Source: Flaccisagitta enflata (taxonomy: Eukaryota). Taken from it: a stretch of 64,000 bases of DNA. A program made the position numbers and the translations under genes. A model generated the notes under the pieces. That model saw only the letters and a program-made list of their open reading frames with translations, was not told the origin of the DNA and searched no databases. This document shows positions 35,797 to 56,773 of the stretch, in pieces; position 1 is the stretch's first letter; every line of letters begins with the position of its first letter. Location: positions 36,952,001 through 37,016,000 of the forward strand of contig OZ231126.1 of NCBI GenBank assembly GCA_965153355.1, given 5' to 3'.

Positions 35797-36841
35797 CTTC
35801 CTTCTTCTTGTTCCGAATCAAGTTTTTTGCTTCCTTTTCTCTTCTCTTGTACTCCTCTTTATCAACGATTCTCTTCGATTTTTTCCAGAGACCCCACGCT
35901 TTCTTCTTTGCTTCAATACATTTTTTCACTTCTTTATTGAACCAAGGAGGTTCATTTCTCGTGCGACATTTCCGAACCGGAATGTATTTCTTGATGAGCT
36001 CGTCCATTTTCTCTTTTATGCTCAGCCATGCCTCGTTGACATTCATTTCTTTCATTGTTGCTCTCCAATCAATGTTTTTCATCTCCTCTCGCATCACCGA
36101 AAAACGCGCTTTTTTGTAGTCTAGGCTGAATCGTTCGTTCTTGTTCCTTTTATCATCGACCCAGAGTTCAAATGCTATTATTTCGTGGTCGCTCTTCCCT
36201 ATTTTTCCTTCCATTGAGACCGCCCTGACGATTTCTTCTCTGTTGCATAAGACCAAGTCCAAGAGGTTTCCGCTCGTGTGAGTAGCCTCCGTGACATGTT
36301 GCTCAAAGAACAGCTCCGTCGTAGCTTCATAGAAGTCACGTCCTTTGCTACCCGCCGTTCCCGACATCCAATCAATGTCGGGGTAATTCAAGTCGCCGAT
36401 GATCACGTTTGTTCCACGCATACTCCTCACCCAATCATTTAGAATCGTGTCATTGATTTTTTTCGAGTTAGGAGACCGGTAAATTACGTGTATTTTGACG
36501 TCTTCGCTTCCACATTTAATCTTCGCGGTTAAACCTTGACTGAAGTTTGGCGGGCTTTCTTCTTTCCACACATAAAGATCTTTCTTTGAGTACAGCATTA
36601 TTCCTCCTCCTCTTCCTCCTTCCGTATCTTTACGGTCCTCTCGGGCAACTATATCATACCCATCTATTTCAAGTAATTCATTGCCGATCGCGTCGTTAGT
36701 CCATGTTTCAGTCAAGGCCACAATGTCAGGTTGCATCACTGCTACAATTGCTCTCAGTTCGTCTATTTTATTGTTTATACTTTGCGTATTGGTGAATACC
36801 ACTTTCACTCCCTTCCGCCTCCTCCTCTCTCCTCCCTCCAC
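35771..36841 (-). CDS. LINE ORF2, apurinic-like endonuclease part
   Basis: FTNTQS, DIVALTETW, GGGIMLY, IYRSPN, IIGDLNYPDIDW, LLDLVL, SDH. Confidence 0.92.
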   Translation of the reverse strand: MEGGERRRRKGVKVVFTNTQSINNKIDELRAIVAVMQPDIVALTETWTNDAIGNELLEIDGYDIVAREDRKDTEGGRGGGIMLYSKKDLYVWKEESPPNFSQGLTAKIKCGSEDVKIHVIYRSPNSKKINDTILNDWVRSMRGTNVIIGDLNYPDIDWMSGTAGSKGRDFYEATTELFFEQHVTEATHTSGNLLDLVLCNREEIVRAVSMEGKIGKSDHEIIAFELWVDDKRNKNERFSLDYKKARFSVMREEMKNIDWRATMKEMNVNEAWLSIKEKMDELIKKYIPVRKCRTRNEPPWFNKEVKKCIEAKKKAWGLWKKSKRIVDKEEYKRREKEAKNLIRNKKKEVEKKHCKI

Positions 36842-37887
36842 TCCACCCTCCTGTTCTTCGCCCTCACTCCTACCACCCTGTAGCTGCCTCCGACCCTCCC
36901 CTCGTTTTTTGCTTCATCGTTCATTCTTTCTGCTTCCTTCCGCAACTTCTCCTCCAGCTTGTTTGCTTCCATTCTTTGTTTGTAGGTCAGGTCCCGCGCC
37001 ACAAACACCTCTTTCCACTCCTCTTTTCTTGCCAGCATTCGCGCATTTGAGATGATTTTTTCCCTCGTTTCTTCGTCCTCGATCTTCACCACCATTGGCC
37101 TGGGCCTCGTTGCCTCCGGGACTTTCTTTCCGGCTCGGTACTTGACTTCGACTGCTCCTTTGAGCTCCACTCCGATCGCCTCCGCCATCTTGTTAACGAC
37201 CTCTACATCCTCTGCCTGCTTTTCTGCTCCCGTTGGTTTTTCAGACTCTTTGACTCCGTAGACAACCAAGTTGACGCTTTTCTCTTCCCTTTCCTTCAGC
37301 TCTGCCGTCATTTCCTCCTTAACCTCCTCTTTCGCTTTTGCCACCTCCACCTCCACTTCCTTCTCAATTTCGACGATCCTGGTCGTAACTTGTGCCGACT
37401 GATTCTCGAATTTCTCGACTTTAGCTGTCATGAAGTCGCGTTCGAGTTTGGCGGTTTTGAGCTCGTTGCGTAGTTCTTTGATCTGCACTTGCAGATCCTT
37501 CAGACTCACATTGATTTTTCCGACCAACCTTCGGCAAATCATGCATAGAAATGCCGATCCTCCCGTCATTCTGCTCATTTTGTCGCAGGAGTCAATGAAT
37601 TCCGGAGTCATCCCGTCCACGCAGTTTGCGTGAAACCAGAACTCGCAGAATCCGCAGATGATGCTAGTTCCTTTGTTGCACCCTTTTTTGCAGTGGCCAC
37701 ACGGGAATTTTGGCAAGCTTTTCCCTTCTTTTCCTCTTGTTACACGTGGCCCCGGGAATCCAAGGTCAGGAGCCTCGTATGGGATTCCGTCTGATTCGTC
37801 TCTTTCGTCGATATCCAAGAGGTCGTCGTCAATTGCAGCCGTCGCCGCCGCCGCCGCCGCTGCTGCCGCCGTTCCTTTCAGCGCCAT
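36805..37887 (-). CDS. LINE ORF1 protein with PHD-type zinc finger and coiled coil
   Basis: Cys/His pattern CGHC...CGFCEFWFHANC...CMIC, a heptad-rich region, then NLVVYGVKE and RPRPMVVK motifs typical of CR1/L2 ORF1. Confidence 0.88.
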   Translation of the reverse strand: MALKGTAAAAAAAAATAAIDDDLLDIDERDESDGIPYEAPDLGFPGPRVTRGKEGKSLPKFPCGHCKKGCNKGTSIICGFCEFWFHANCVDGMTPEFIDSCDKMSRMTGGSAFLCMICRRLVGKINVSLKDLQVQIKELRNELKTAKLERDFMTAKVEKFENQSAQVTTRIVEIEKEVEVEVAKAKEEVKEEMTAELKEREEKSVNLVVYGVKESEKPTGAEKQAEDVEVVNKMAEAIGVELKGAVEVKYRAGKKVPEATRPRPMVVKIEDEETREKIISNARMLARKEEWKEVFVARDLTYKQRMEANKLEEKLRKEAERMNDEAKNEGRVGGSYRVVGVRAKNRRVEWREERGGGGRE

Positions 37888-37941
37888 TCTGTCGTAGACG
37901 TCGCATCACGCTAAAAGTCAATATGCGCCGTCTATGTCGTG

Positions 37942-38069
37942 ACGTGTCTTTGCCGCGACGTGTCCTTGCCGCAACGTGTCCTTGCCGCAACGTGTCTTTG
38001 CCGCAACGTGTCTTTGCCGCAACGTGTCTTTGCCGCAACGTGTCTTTGCCACAACGTGTCTTTGCCGCA
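37942..38069. repeat. 16-bp tandem repeat (ACGTGTCTTTGCCGCA, 8 copies) in the LINE 5' UTR
   Basis: Read directly. Confidence 0.9.
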
Positions 38070-38954
38070 CCGTTCTTTTTCGCACCAGTCTTTTTCGCAA
38101 CCGAATTTTTATTCCGCCACCCGTCACAACAATGTTTTCTTATCACCGAGTCTGTGATAACATTTGAGTTTGTTCAACGTGTGTTATATATGCAACGATA
38201 TATACAGTGTGAGTTTTTTTTCGTGTTTTTATATATCCATTGATATATATCGTGTGTTTATATATTCTTTGATATATATTCCAGGGAAGCCGACTTGGCC
38301 TTTTTGACTAGATCTGAAAGGCAACTCGCTTGGCCAAGACGCCCTCCAGCCGTTTTCGACCGTAATTTCAGCCCGGGAACGCCTGGAGACCGTCTTAAAC
38401 AAGCGAAGTAGTAGAAATTAGCTAAATGAGCTAATGAGCCAAATGAGCTAGATGAGCTAAAATACTCAAAATCACTCAACCAGACAATCAGCTATGCTAA
38501 CTAACATGCTTTCTTGTATTTGCATGCTCACATCAAAACATCTATTCATTTATCCTATTCAAAAAAAAAAAAAAAGACTGAACTAAATGAGCTAGAATAC
38601 CCTAACAGATAAGCAGCTATGCTCACTGACATGCTTTCTTGTATTTGCTTGCTTAAATATATATCCAGATATTAATTTACCAATCGCCTTTGAAATCAGA
38701 AAAAAAGCTTAATGAGCTTAATGAGCTAGAATGCACAAAAATACCCTCACAGATGAGCAGCCATGCTTAGAAACAGGTTAAATGAAAATGAGTTGTCAAA
38801 TTTACTTACCCAATCAATTTCATCGGAGGCCTCAATCGCTCGATCGAGAGCTAAAACTTTCTCATAAGAAAATAATAGTCGCAAAAGCGTTATATGGTCA
38901 GCGGTACCTGTGCCCTGCTTTAGTGGGTTGTGCTTGAAGTTGTAGGGGAAGCAG

Positions 38955-39482
38955 GACAGCGGCCCCAAAGGGGTCGATTACCTATGCTTTTACACATATG
39001 GGGAATTTTCTCCTTTGTCCATCCGCCTGTCCATTCCCCCCCCCCCCGTCTCAAGGCCCAAATCCCAATGCCAAGACCCAATTCCCAGTCTCATGGCCCA
39101 AATCCTAGCCTCATGGCCCAAATCCTTGCCTCAAGGCCCAAATCCTAGCCTGGAGGCCCAAATCCTAGCCTGGAGGCCCAAATCTCATCCTTGAGGCTGG
39201 GATCTGGGCCTATGGGCTGGGATTTGGACCTTGAGGCTTAGATTTAGGCCTAAAGGCTGTGATTTGAGCCTCCAGTCTTGGATTTGGGCCTTCGAGGCTA
39301 GGATTTGGGCCTTGAGGCTAGGATTTGGGCCTTGAGGCTAGGATTTGGGCCATGAGACTGGGATTTGGGTCTCGGGACTGGGATTTGGGCCTCGAGACTG
39401 GGGGGGACGGGCGGACGGACGGAAGAGAAAATTCCCCATATGTGTAAAAGCATAGGTCATCGACCCCTTCAGGGCCGCTGCC
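38955..39482. mobile_element. Family A MITE, complete copy
   Basis: ~55-bp TIRs CAGCGGCCCCAAAGGGGTCGATTACCTATGCTTTTACACATATGGGGAATTTTCTC / GAGAAAATTCCCCATATGTGTAAAAGCATAGGTCATCGACCCCTTCAGGGCCGCTG, with mirrored 20-bp minisatellite arrays inside. Confidence 0.8.
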
Positions 39483-39832
39483 AAAAAAACCATGTTTTTC
39501 TCAAATATGTCAAAAAGACAAAGACTGACTTGGACTTTTTTCCCCGATTAGCGGGTGCGCTTTAGCGGTGACCTACTATACGTCGATCTCGATTCAACAA
39601 GCTGTTTGATCAGGGATTAATGACAATGATCGATAATTATAGAAATCAGTCAAAAGTCTCTTGAACAAGGCCGGATACACAGCAGGACAGTCGCGGACGG
39701 TTGGGCAGGGGCAGTAATGCAAAAACCGCTCGCAATTCAAAAATATTACGGACCGATGGACCGACCGACACGGCAAGTTCTAGGGTCACGTGTACGCGAC
39801 TAAAAAAAAATCATTAATGAAACTTGCATCAT

Positions 39833-49023
<9,191 letters not shown>

Positions 49024-49283
49024 CTTTTCTATCTTTGTCAGTTATACGTATAATGGTTTTTGCTTTCGTTGCTTTTTCTAGTTTGTATATCAGCTGGATT
49101 TTGTAGCCAGAGTGTCCAGTTTGCTTTTTACCCTTGAATTCTAACCCTTTTCAACCTAAACGCTATTTATCAACAAAGCAATTTTTACGCGCGCCAAAAC
49201 ATGTCCGTGAGCAGGTCTTTTAGTCTGTCAGACATTCGCTGGAAGATCGAAGCGAGTATAGACTAAGTCTATTAGACTTGCTA

Positions 49284-49887
49284 ACCATGGCCAAAAAAAA
49301 AGTAGACGCTCAATTTTTATCATTTGATTGAAAACCAGTTACACTTTTTACTTGAAATCTATGAGCATTTTTAAGAGCTTCAAAAGCTCTGCAAATCTAG
49401 ACCAAGCAGAAATTTGTGACTCAAGTCGTTTAAAAATGACAAAAGATTAAAGTTCAACACACATTTTTCAAAATGCCAAAAAAAGCAGATTTCATCATCT
49501 GTGAACAAGGCACTATTTCACTTACTTTATCTGTAAAAGGCAGTAATGAAATAAATGGAAAAAAACTTAAGGTGAAAATGAAGTATTTTTAATTCTCTTC
49601 AAGATGGAACCAAGCAAAATTTATGATTCCGCTTCGTTTAAAGGCCATATTAATTCAAAGTTGGTTACTCTAAAAACATTTCTAACTATATTTGAGATTT
49701 TTGAGTAATTGTCTTTAGAATATCATAACTTCTAGAATTTTGAAGCTAGAATGTTCCAAAAGAGCTCAAATGAAAGATCTTTTGAAGCTCTTTAAAACCA
49801 TCATGGATTTTAAGGGTCTACCATCTTTAGTTACCAAACAATCAGCAATCAAAAAATTGCGTCTACTTTTTTTTTTTTTGCCATGGT
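49284..49887. mobile_element. TA-flanked MITE upstream of the SLC22 start codon
   Basis: TA-ACCATGGCCAAAAAAAAAGTAGACGC / GCGTCTACTTTTTTTTTTTTTGCCATGGT-TA. Confidence 0.75.
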
Positions 49888-50369
49888 TACACCTTGGGAA
49901 TTCTTCACAAACAAGGCCAAGCAGGTCAATAAGGTGCAACGTGCACACCCTAGCCAGGGGCGTAGGACAAGGGCATGCCGGGCATGCCATGGCATTTCCT
50001 GTTGTCGGGACACTAAAGTTGTCGGGACAGCAATCAAGGGAGGAGGAAGAAGAAGAAAAAGAAGAAAAAGAAAAAGAAAAAGAAAAAGAAAAAGAAGAAG
50101 AAAAGAAAAAGCAAAGGAAGAAGGAGAAAAGAAAGAAAAGGTAACAAGCCCGACCGGGCAACGATGCGCCCGGGCCGTGTCTCTGCGTATATTGATCATG
50201 TGACATATATGGAGAGACAGAAGGATAAAAGAAGGTTGGGGTTTGTCTGCCGCTGTCATTACAGATGGGATCCATTACGTTTGAACTGGGCAGCGCTAAC
50301 ATCAGAAACAGCAACATAAAAAAAGGACATCAACAAAAGCATCAACGACAGCGTCAATGATGGCAACAG

Positions 50370-50530
50370 CCACGGCGACAGCCGCGGTGACAGCCGCAGG
50401 GACAGCTGCGGTGACAGCTGCGGCGGCAGCTGCGGCGATATTAGCGGCGACAGCTGAGGCGATGGCTGCGGCGACAGCTGCGGCGACAGCGGCGGCGACA
50501 GCGGCGGCGACAGCAGCGGCGACAGCTGCA
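50370..50530. repeat. 12-bp GC-rich minisatellite (GGCGACAGCTGC)n inside the left-arm insertion
   Basis: Read directly. Confidence 0.8.
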
Positions 50531-51585
50531 GAGTTACATGCAGCAACAACAACGGCGATAGCTGCGTTGACACCAAAAACACTGATGTCTTCAGCAACAA
50601 CTCTTTCAAAAATGACAATGACAACAACAGCGACAAAATAGGCAATATCAGCAACAACGACAATGACAACGACAATGACAACATCAACTCAGTGGAGTTA
50701 GTTTGTAAATTGGAATCGATTGGGACTGGCATAATCTACAAATCTAAGCATATCAACTTGTGAAGGCGTGAAGAAAAACAAATATTATTAATTTCGTTCA
50801 AAATTTTTGTACTGGTAGCAACCACTACTATCTTGCTAAAACAAGATAGTAGTTATGGACTCTCCGGGGTCTGCTTTGGTTGCTATACTTTATATTATTA
50901 TATTATATTATATTAAACAGACAGGTGAAAACACTAAGGAGGCTTTCAAAACATGTTGGTTGATCATTTGTATCAGTGTGGGATCTCACCATTGCCAAAA
51001 ACAGCCAAGAAACGCGTTTTTTGCACTTGCGTAACGAACGGAGCAACAGACCGACGGACCGACGGACCGACAGACGGATTGATGGATGGATGGACAGACG
51101 GACAGACCCTCTTATAGAGATGCGTTCCTGACGGACGCATCTAAAAAGGAAGAAAGAAAAACAAAATGCAGACAGAGAAAAAAAGATAGGGAGAGAAAGA
51201 AAAAAATCTTCAGCAGGACACTTATACCCGCTGACCCTTTTGGTTCTTCCATCTTTAGGCAGGGCAGGGTCTTATTGGCAGGCGACTTTCTCTTTTTGTT
51301 CCCTTTTGGGCATTCTCCACTGACCCCCTCTCTTCCTCCGTAGTAGGGTTAGCATTAGGGCTAGGGTCAGAGGCCTAGGAGGGTTAGATTTTTAGAGCAT
51401 GCCACCTCCAAATTAGTGTCCGACAAATTTAGTGTCCCAACAAAAACAAACTTGTAGTTTTTAGTCATAAACTTTAAAAAACAATAATCATTGTAGTACT
51501 TTTGCTTGCTTCATGAATCGTGTCTAGTGAGTAAACATTTTTTAGCAACTTTTAATTGCTTCATGAATTTCTTTTTATGAATAAA

Positions 51586-51979
51586 CAGGCCTTGATTTAG
51601 AGCGGGCCCGCGGGCCCAAGGCCCACATTTTGGCTGCCGGGCCCACTATTTTGGCTGACTGCGGGCCCAGTTGGCCTGCTCTCATTTAGCTATATACTAT
51701 GCACTCAACTTTTTTCTTCCAAATTACTGTGATCTGAAAGTAGAATCGTATAACAGAATGATACTTTAACAATCATCTTATCATTTTCCCCTTTTGCTAC
51801 ATTCAAGGAGCAAAGAAAAAACGCTGGTGTTATTTGGCAACCCTGTAAAAAACTTAAAACAATTGGGAAATAGAGCAAAATAGATTTTACCGGGCCCGCT
51901 GTTTCTGTGTCGGGCACGCTAAAATTTGGAGGAGCGGGCCCGGTTGGCCCACTCAAAGAAATTTCTAAGGAAAGGCCTG
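51586..51979. mobile_element. hAT-like MITE with an 8-bp TSD
   Basis: TGAATAAA-CAGGCCTTGATTTAG...CTAAGGAAAGGCCTG-TGAATAAA, with subterminal GGGCCC repeats. Confidence 0.85.
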
Positions 51980-53069
51980 TGAATAAACCTTTCATGATAA
52001 TTCTTAAAAATGATGAAATTATAGATCTTGTAATATAGTGCCGAATTCCCCCACACACATCCCCCCCACCCCATTTAAGGGAAAATCAAGGGGTTTGGAA
52101 ATAAAGAAGGAAAAAAAAAAGTAAAAAAAAAATTAGATTGACTTTTGGCAGTAATATACCAGTTAAATCAAAACATTACTATAAAAGGGATTTATAAGAA
52201 CTTTAAGTGGTGACAAAAATCCCAGGGGAAAATCAAGGCTTGTGCAACCATACACCCATGGATAAAAATTTGTGACAGAGAAGATTTTTTTGTTTCTCTC
52301 TCTATCTTTTTTTCTTTGTCTGCATTTTTTCTTTTTTTTTTCTTTCTTCCTTTTTAGATGCGTCCGTCAGGAACGCATCTCTATAAGAGAGTCTGTCCAT
52401 CCGTCTGTCCATCCGTCGATCCGTCCGTCGTTCCGTCGGTCCGTTGGTCCATCCGTTACGCAAGTGCAAAATCCGCGTTTCTCGGCTGTTTTTGGCAATG
52501 GTGAGATCCCACACTGAAACAAATGATCAACCAACATGTTTTAAAAGCCTCCTTAGTGTTTTCACCCGTCTGTTTATCCATCTGTCTCTCCATATGTGTT
52601 ACATGATCAATATATGCAGAGACACGGCCCGGGCGCATCGTTGCCCGGTCGGGCTTGTTTCCTTTTCTTTCTTTTCTCTTTCTTCTTTTGCTTCTTCTTT
52701 TCTTCTTCTTTTTTCTTTTTCTTTTTCATTTTCTTTTTCTTTTTCTTTTTCTTTTTCTTTTTCTTTTTCTTTTTCTTTTTCTTTTTCTTTTTCTTCTTCT
52801 TCTTCTTCTTTTTCTTCTTCTCCTTCTTCTTCTTCTTTTTCTTCTTCTCCCTCCTCCCTTGATTGGTGTCCCGACAACTTTAGTGTCCCGACAACAGGGC
52901 ATGCCATAGCATGCCCGGCATGCCCTTGTCCTACGCCCCTGCTACACCTACCCCTAACCCTAAAACTAATCCCAACTCCGTCCCTAACCCTAAAACCACC
53001 CCTAACCCTAAATCAATAAATCGCTTAAAACGACTTATATATACAAAAGACGTCGAAGGTTCTATGAAG

Positions 53070-53159
<90 letters not shown>

Positions 53160-53719
53160 CAAGGCCAAGTAGGCCAATAAGGTGCGTTCAAGTAAGGCAA
53201 GGCCAATAAGGTGACGTGTGGATCGTCGAACGAATGCGTTACCCGACAGACCAACCAACCAACCAACGCACAATGGGATGTGAGTGTTCAGAGCGAGCGA
53301 GGAAGCTTACACCTGCATGTCTCTCTATCTACGCCATTGATTTACTAATTTTTCAACCAAAATGGATTCCTCTCTCATAGAATTGACAAAAAAAGAACGT
53401 TTAGGCGAACCAAAGTGGCTTATTCCATAATTTTTGGGCCTCATATTGAAGAAGTCCGGCATAGACCGGCAATCAAAATTCTGGCAAAAAAAATGACAAA
53501 AGTGCTGATAGAGAGAAGAGGAAGAAGAAGGTGAAAAGGAAGGAGAAGACAAAAATGTCAAAGAAGAAGATGAAGTAGATGAAGGAGGGGAAGAAGAATG
53601 CGACGAAGGTGGTGGAGAAGAAGGTGGAGGAGGAGGAGGAGGAAGAGGAGGAGGAGGAGGAATCAAGTGATTGAAGATTTAAAAGATTAGTTTCAGTTTT
53701 AATGTTTTATTACGTAGGG

Positions 53720-54112
53720 AAATAATGAGAACAGGAAGAAAACAAAAAGAATAAGAAGAAAAAGAAGTAGAAGAAGAAGAAGAAAAAGAAGTAGAAGAAG
53801 AAGAAGAAGAGAAAAAAGAAGAAGAAGAAGAAGAAGAAGAGGAAGATGAAGAAGAAGAAGGCGGAGGAGAAAAAGGAGGCATTAGCACAAGGAATGTTGA
53901 AAAAATTACTTTTATCATAATGACGCGAGGAAGAACAGAAGAAGAAGAAGAAGAAGAAGAAGAAGAAGAAGAAGAAGAAGGAGAAGGAGAAGAAGGAGAA
54001 GAAGAAGAAGAAGAAGGAAAAGAAGAAGGACAAGAAGAAGGAGAAGAAGAGGAAGAAGGAGAAGAAGAGGAAGAAGAAAAAGAAGGGAAAAAGAAGAGAG
54101 AGAGGAAGAGGA

Positions 54113-54151
<39 letters not shown>

Positions 54152-54484
54152 AGAAGAAGAAGAAGAAGGACAAGAACGAGGAAAGGCAGTAGAATGAATC
54201 AAAATTCGAGTACTGATTAGGCAACCAGAAAGAAGGAAAAGAAGAAGAAGAAGAAGAAGAAGAAGAAAAAGAAAAAGAAAAAGAAAAAGAAAAAGAAAAA
54301 GAAAAAGAAAAAGAAAAAGAAGAAGAAGAAGAAGGAAAAAAAAAGAGGAAGAGGAAGGAGAAGAGGAAGATGAAGAAGAAGAAGAAGGCGGAGGAGAAGA
54401 AGGAGGCATTAGCACGAGGAATGTTAAAAAAATTACTTTTATCATAATGACGCAAGGAAGAACAGAATAAGAAGGAGAAGAAGG

Positions 54485-54517
<33 letters not shown>

Positions 54518-54720
54518 AGAAGAAGAAGAAGAAGAAGAAGAAGAAGAAGAAGAAGAAGAAGAAGACAAAGAAGAATAAGAAGAAGAATAAGAAGAAGGAC
54601 AAGAAAGAGGAAAGGCAGTAGAATGAATCAAAACTCGAGTACTGAATAGGCAACCAGAAAGAAGTAAAAGAAGAAGAAGAAGAAGAAGAAGAAGAAGAAG
54701 AAGAAGAGAGATAGAGATAG
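53720..54720. repeat. (GAA)n-rich purine tract containing a tandem duplication
   Basis: GGAGGCATTAGCAC...TTTTATCATAATGACGC at ~53875 and ~54401; GAAAGGCAGTAGAATGAATC at ~54181 and ~54610. Confidence 0.9.
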
Positions 54721-55682
54721 AAAGAAAGGAATTAAAGCTCTTTTTCACCCATCATCAAAACAGGAGAATTAAGGTATGTTGGCCCTAGTTTGACCTATTC
54801 TCACTATGTTTTCCTTATCAATAACACAGTTAGCGACCTTCCTATGATAATTTCAGGCCCGGCGATCCCCAGCGTTTTTTTTCTGAAATTGATTTGTATA
54901 CGCATGCAAATGAGATAGAAGGCCCCAAATTCAAGGTGGGGTGAGGACTATGCAAAATGAATAAATGGGTCAATTTTTGGTTTTAAACCTCAGTATAGAC
55001 TCTAATTCAATAGATTGTGGTCAACTTTTGACTTGGAATGATCATTTGATAAAAAAATTTGACCCCTAAAATTTGCCTCTATTTTTGGCGTTTTTTTCTA
55101 ATTTCCTTATTATCATGATTTGGTCGCTTTTTTAAGCACTCGTATGGGATTTTTTTATGCTGAAATTGACTGAGACATATGCTAAAATGTTTTTAGCAAG
55201 TGTTTCCTTCAGATTTAGGCCCGTTTTCAAAGAAAAAAAAATTGTCATACAGCTGGCTATCACCAGCCACATTCCATTGTGCAACGGACACAGCCAGTTA
55301 TAGAGGTGCTTTGTCGCACCTAAAAAGGTAAGGTGAGAAAAAGTTGTCAATCCAAGTTCCCCTAGTGTGTCCCCTAGTACGTGTGTCCCCTAGTGTGTCC
55401 CCTAGTGTGTCAAGAAAGGAAATTTACCTATTCGGAAAGGATGACGATGATGACGAAGACGACGATGATGACGACGATAATGATGACGACGACGACGAAA
55501 ACGACGAAAACGACGATCAAATACGTATCCGATTCAAGACTGACGGAAAAAACGCAGACAAACGTCTTTCATACAGAAACTCATTTTAATAATAGAGTAA
55601 TTTCTCTTTTCATTCTTCTCATCATTTGGATGTTAAAGGAATTTTTGTTTTTCATACTTTTCATTCTCAATCAAAAAGATTA

Positions 55683-56030
55683 CCGTATTTCCTGCATTTA
55701 TCGCCCCCCCCTCTAATTAGCGCCCCCCCCCTTTTCAAGAAGGAGAAGACTCATTACAAGATTATAATTTTAGATGAAATGTTACAAAATTCATTGTAAA
55801 TAAAGCTTTTTAGTGTCAGAAATAATCATAAGCATGGTATGCAATGCAAAAATATTCTCTGTTTTAGTGCTTTATTGCACTGAATTATCAGTTTTGTTGT
55901 CAAAAATGGTAACTTTTATACAAAATAGTATGTTCATGAGTGCATGAGGGGGCGCTAATTGTAGGTTGGAAATGACAATCTCTGATTTCAATTTCAAAAG
56001 CGCCCGGGGCGCTAATCACAGGAAATACGG
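55683..56030. mobile_element. TA-flanked CCGTA...TACGG MITE
   Basis: TA-CCGTATTTCCTG / CAGGAAATACGG-TA. Shares TTTCAATTTCAAAAGCGCCCGGGGCGCT with the 45077 copy. Confidence 0.8.
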
Positions 56031-56638
56031 TATTTGATATATGACGCGCTCTCGCATTTCTACAAAATGATATGCTGAAAGGTCCATAGCACCGCCCATA
56101 AGTCCGTCTGTGGGCCTATGAGTAGGGAAGTAGATTTGACGTTATTTTATGAACGCGATTTTTGTTGCTCCTTTTCTCTATACATGTATATCTTTTGCTC
56201 TCCTCTCTGGATATATTTTCGTAAGAGGTCTGAGCAACAAAATATATCTTGACCTTATTCGTGATCGAATGATATGCTCTTGGCAATACCGCAGGAATAG
56301 ATTCCAACATGGGCGAAAATAACCTGATATCAAAGTTCATAGGGGAATTATTCAGCAAAAAGATCCGGATATTTCAGTCGCGGATTTGTGACTCTATATG
56401 TTAAGAGGCTTGTCCGTCCGTCTATCCATGATCCATGAATAATTGTGAAAACATGCATTTTGTAAAGTGTCTTTGTGTGGTGAGGGGAGGGGTTGTATGC
56501 CCCTGCCCACCCCTATATGACAATATTTTAACCAGCATCGTACTGGACTGGACGTCAGGGACAGCAGCTGCAATTCTTGGAGTTGGGACATAAATAGAAG
56601 TGCGAGAAAGAGTTAGAGAAAGATACAAAGCAATAGAG

Positions 56639-56773
<135 letters not shown>

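Larger units (their letters stand above)
33852..38410 (-). mobile_element. Near full-length CR1-clade non-LTR retrotransposon (LINE)
   Basis: Has ORF1, an APE-RT ORF2, a short 3' UTR and a (TCTAA)n tail (TAGATTAGATTAGATTAG at ~33854-33872). Both flanks match one interspersed repeat seen unbroken at ~44180-44270. The 5' end is approximate. Confidence 0.9.
49955..52941. mobile_element. ~3-kb inverted-repeat structure with CAGGGGCGTAG termini; each arm carries the same nested HINE
   Basis: The left arm (49955-51210, interrupted ~50228-50915) is the reverse complement of the right arm (~52281-52941). No clear TSD found. Confidence 0.75.

Noticed and set aside
50259..50732. Ala/Thr-rich or SPQL-repeat ORFs resembling antifreeze or mucin proteins
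   Set aside because: They come from a 12-bp minisatellite within an insertion in a transposon arm, with no supported gene structure.
52950..53012. Telomere-like CCCTAA repeats
   Set aside because: Only a few degenerate units at a repeat boundary, not a telomeric array.
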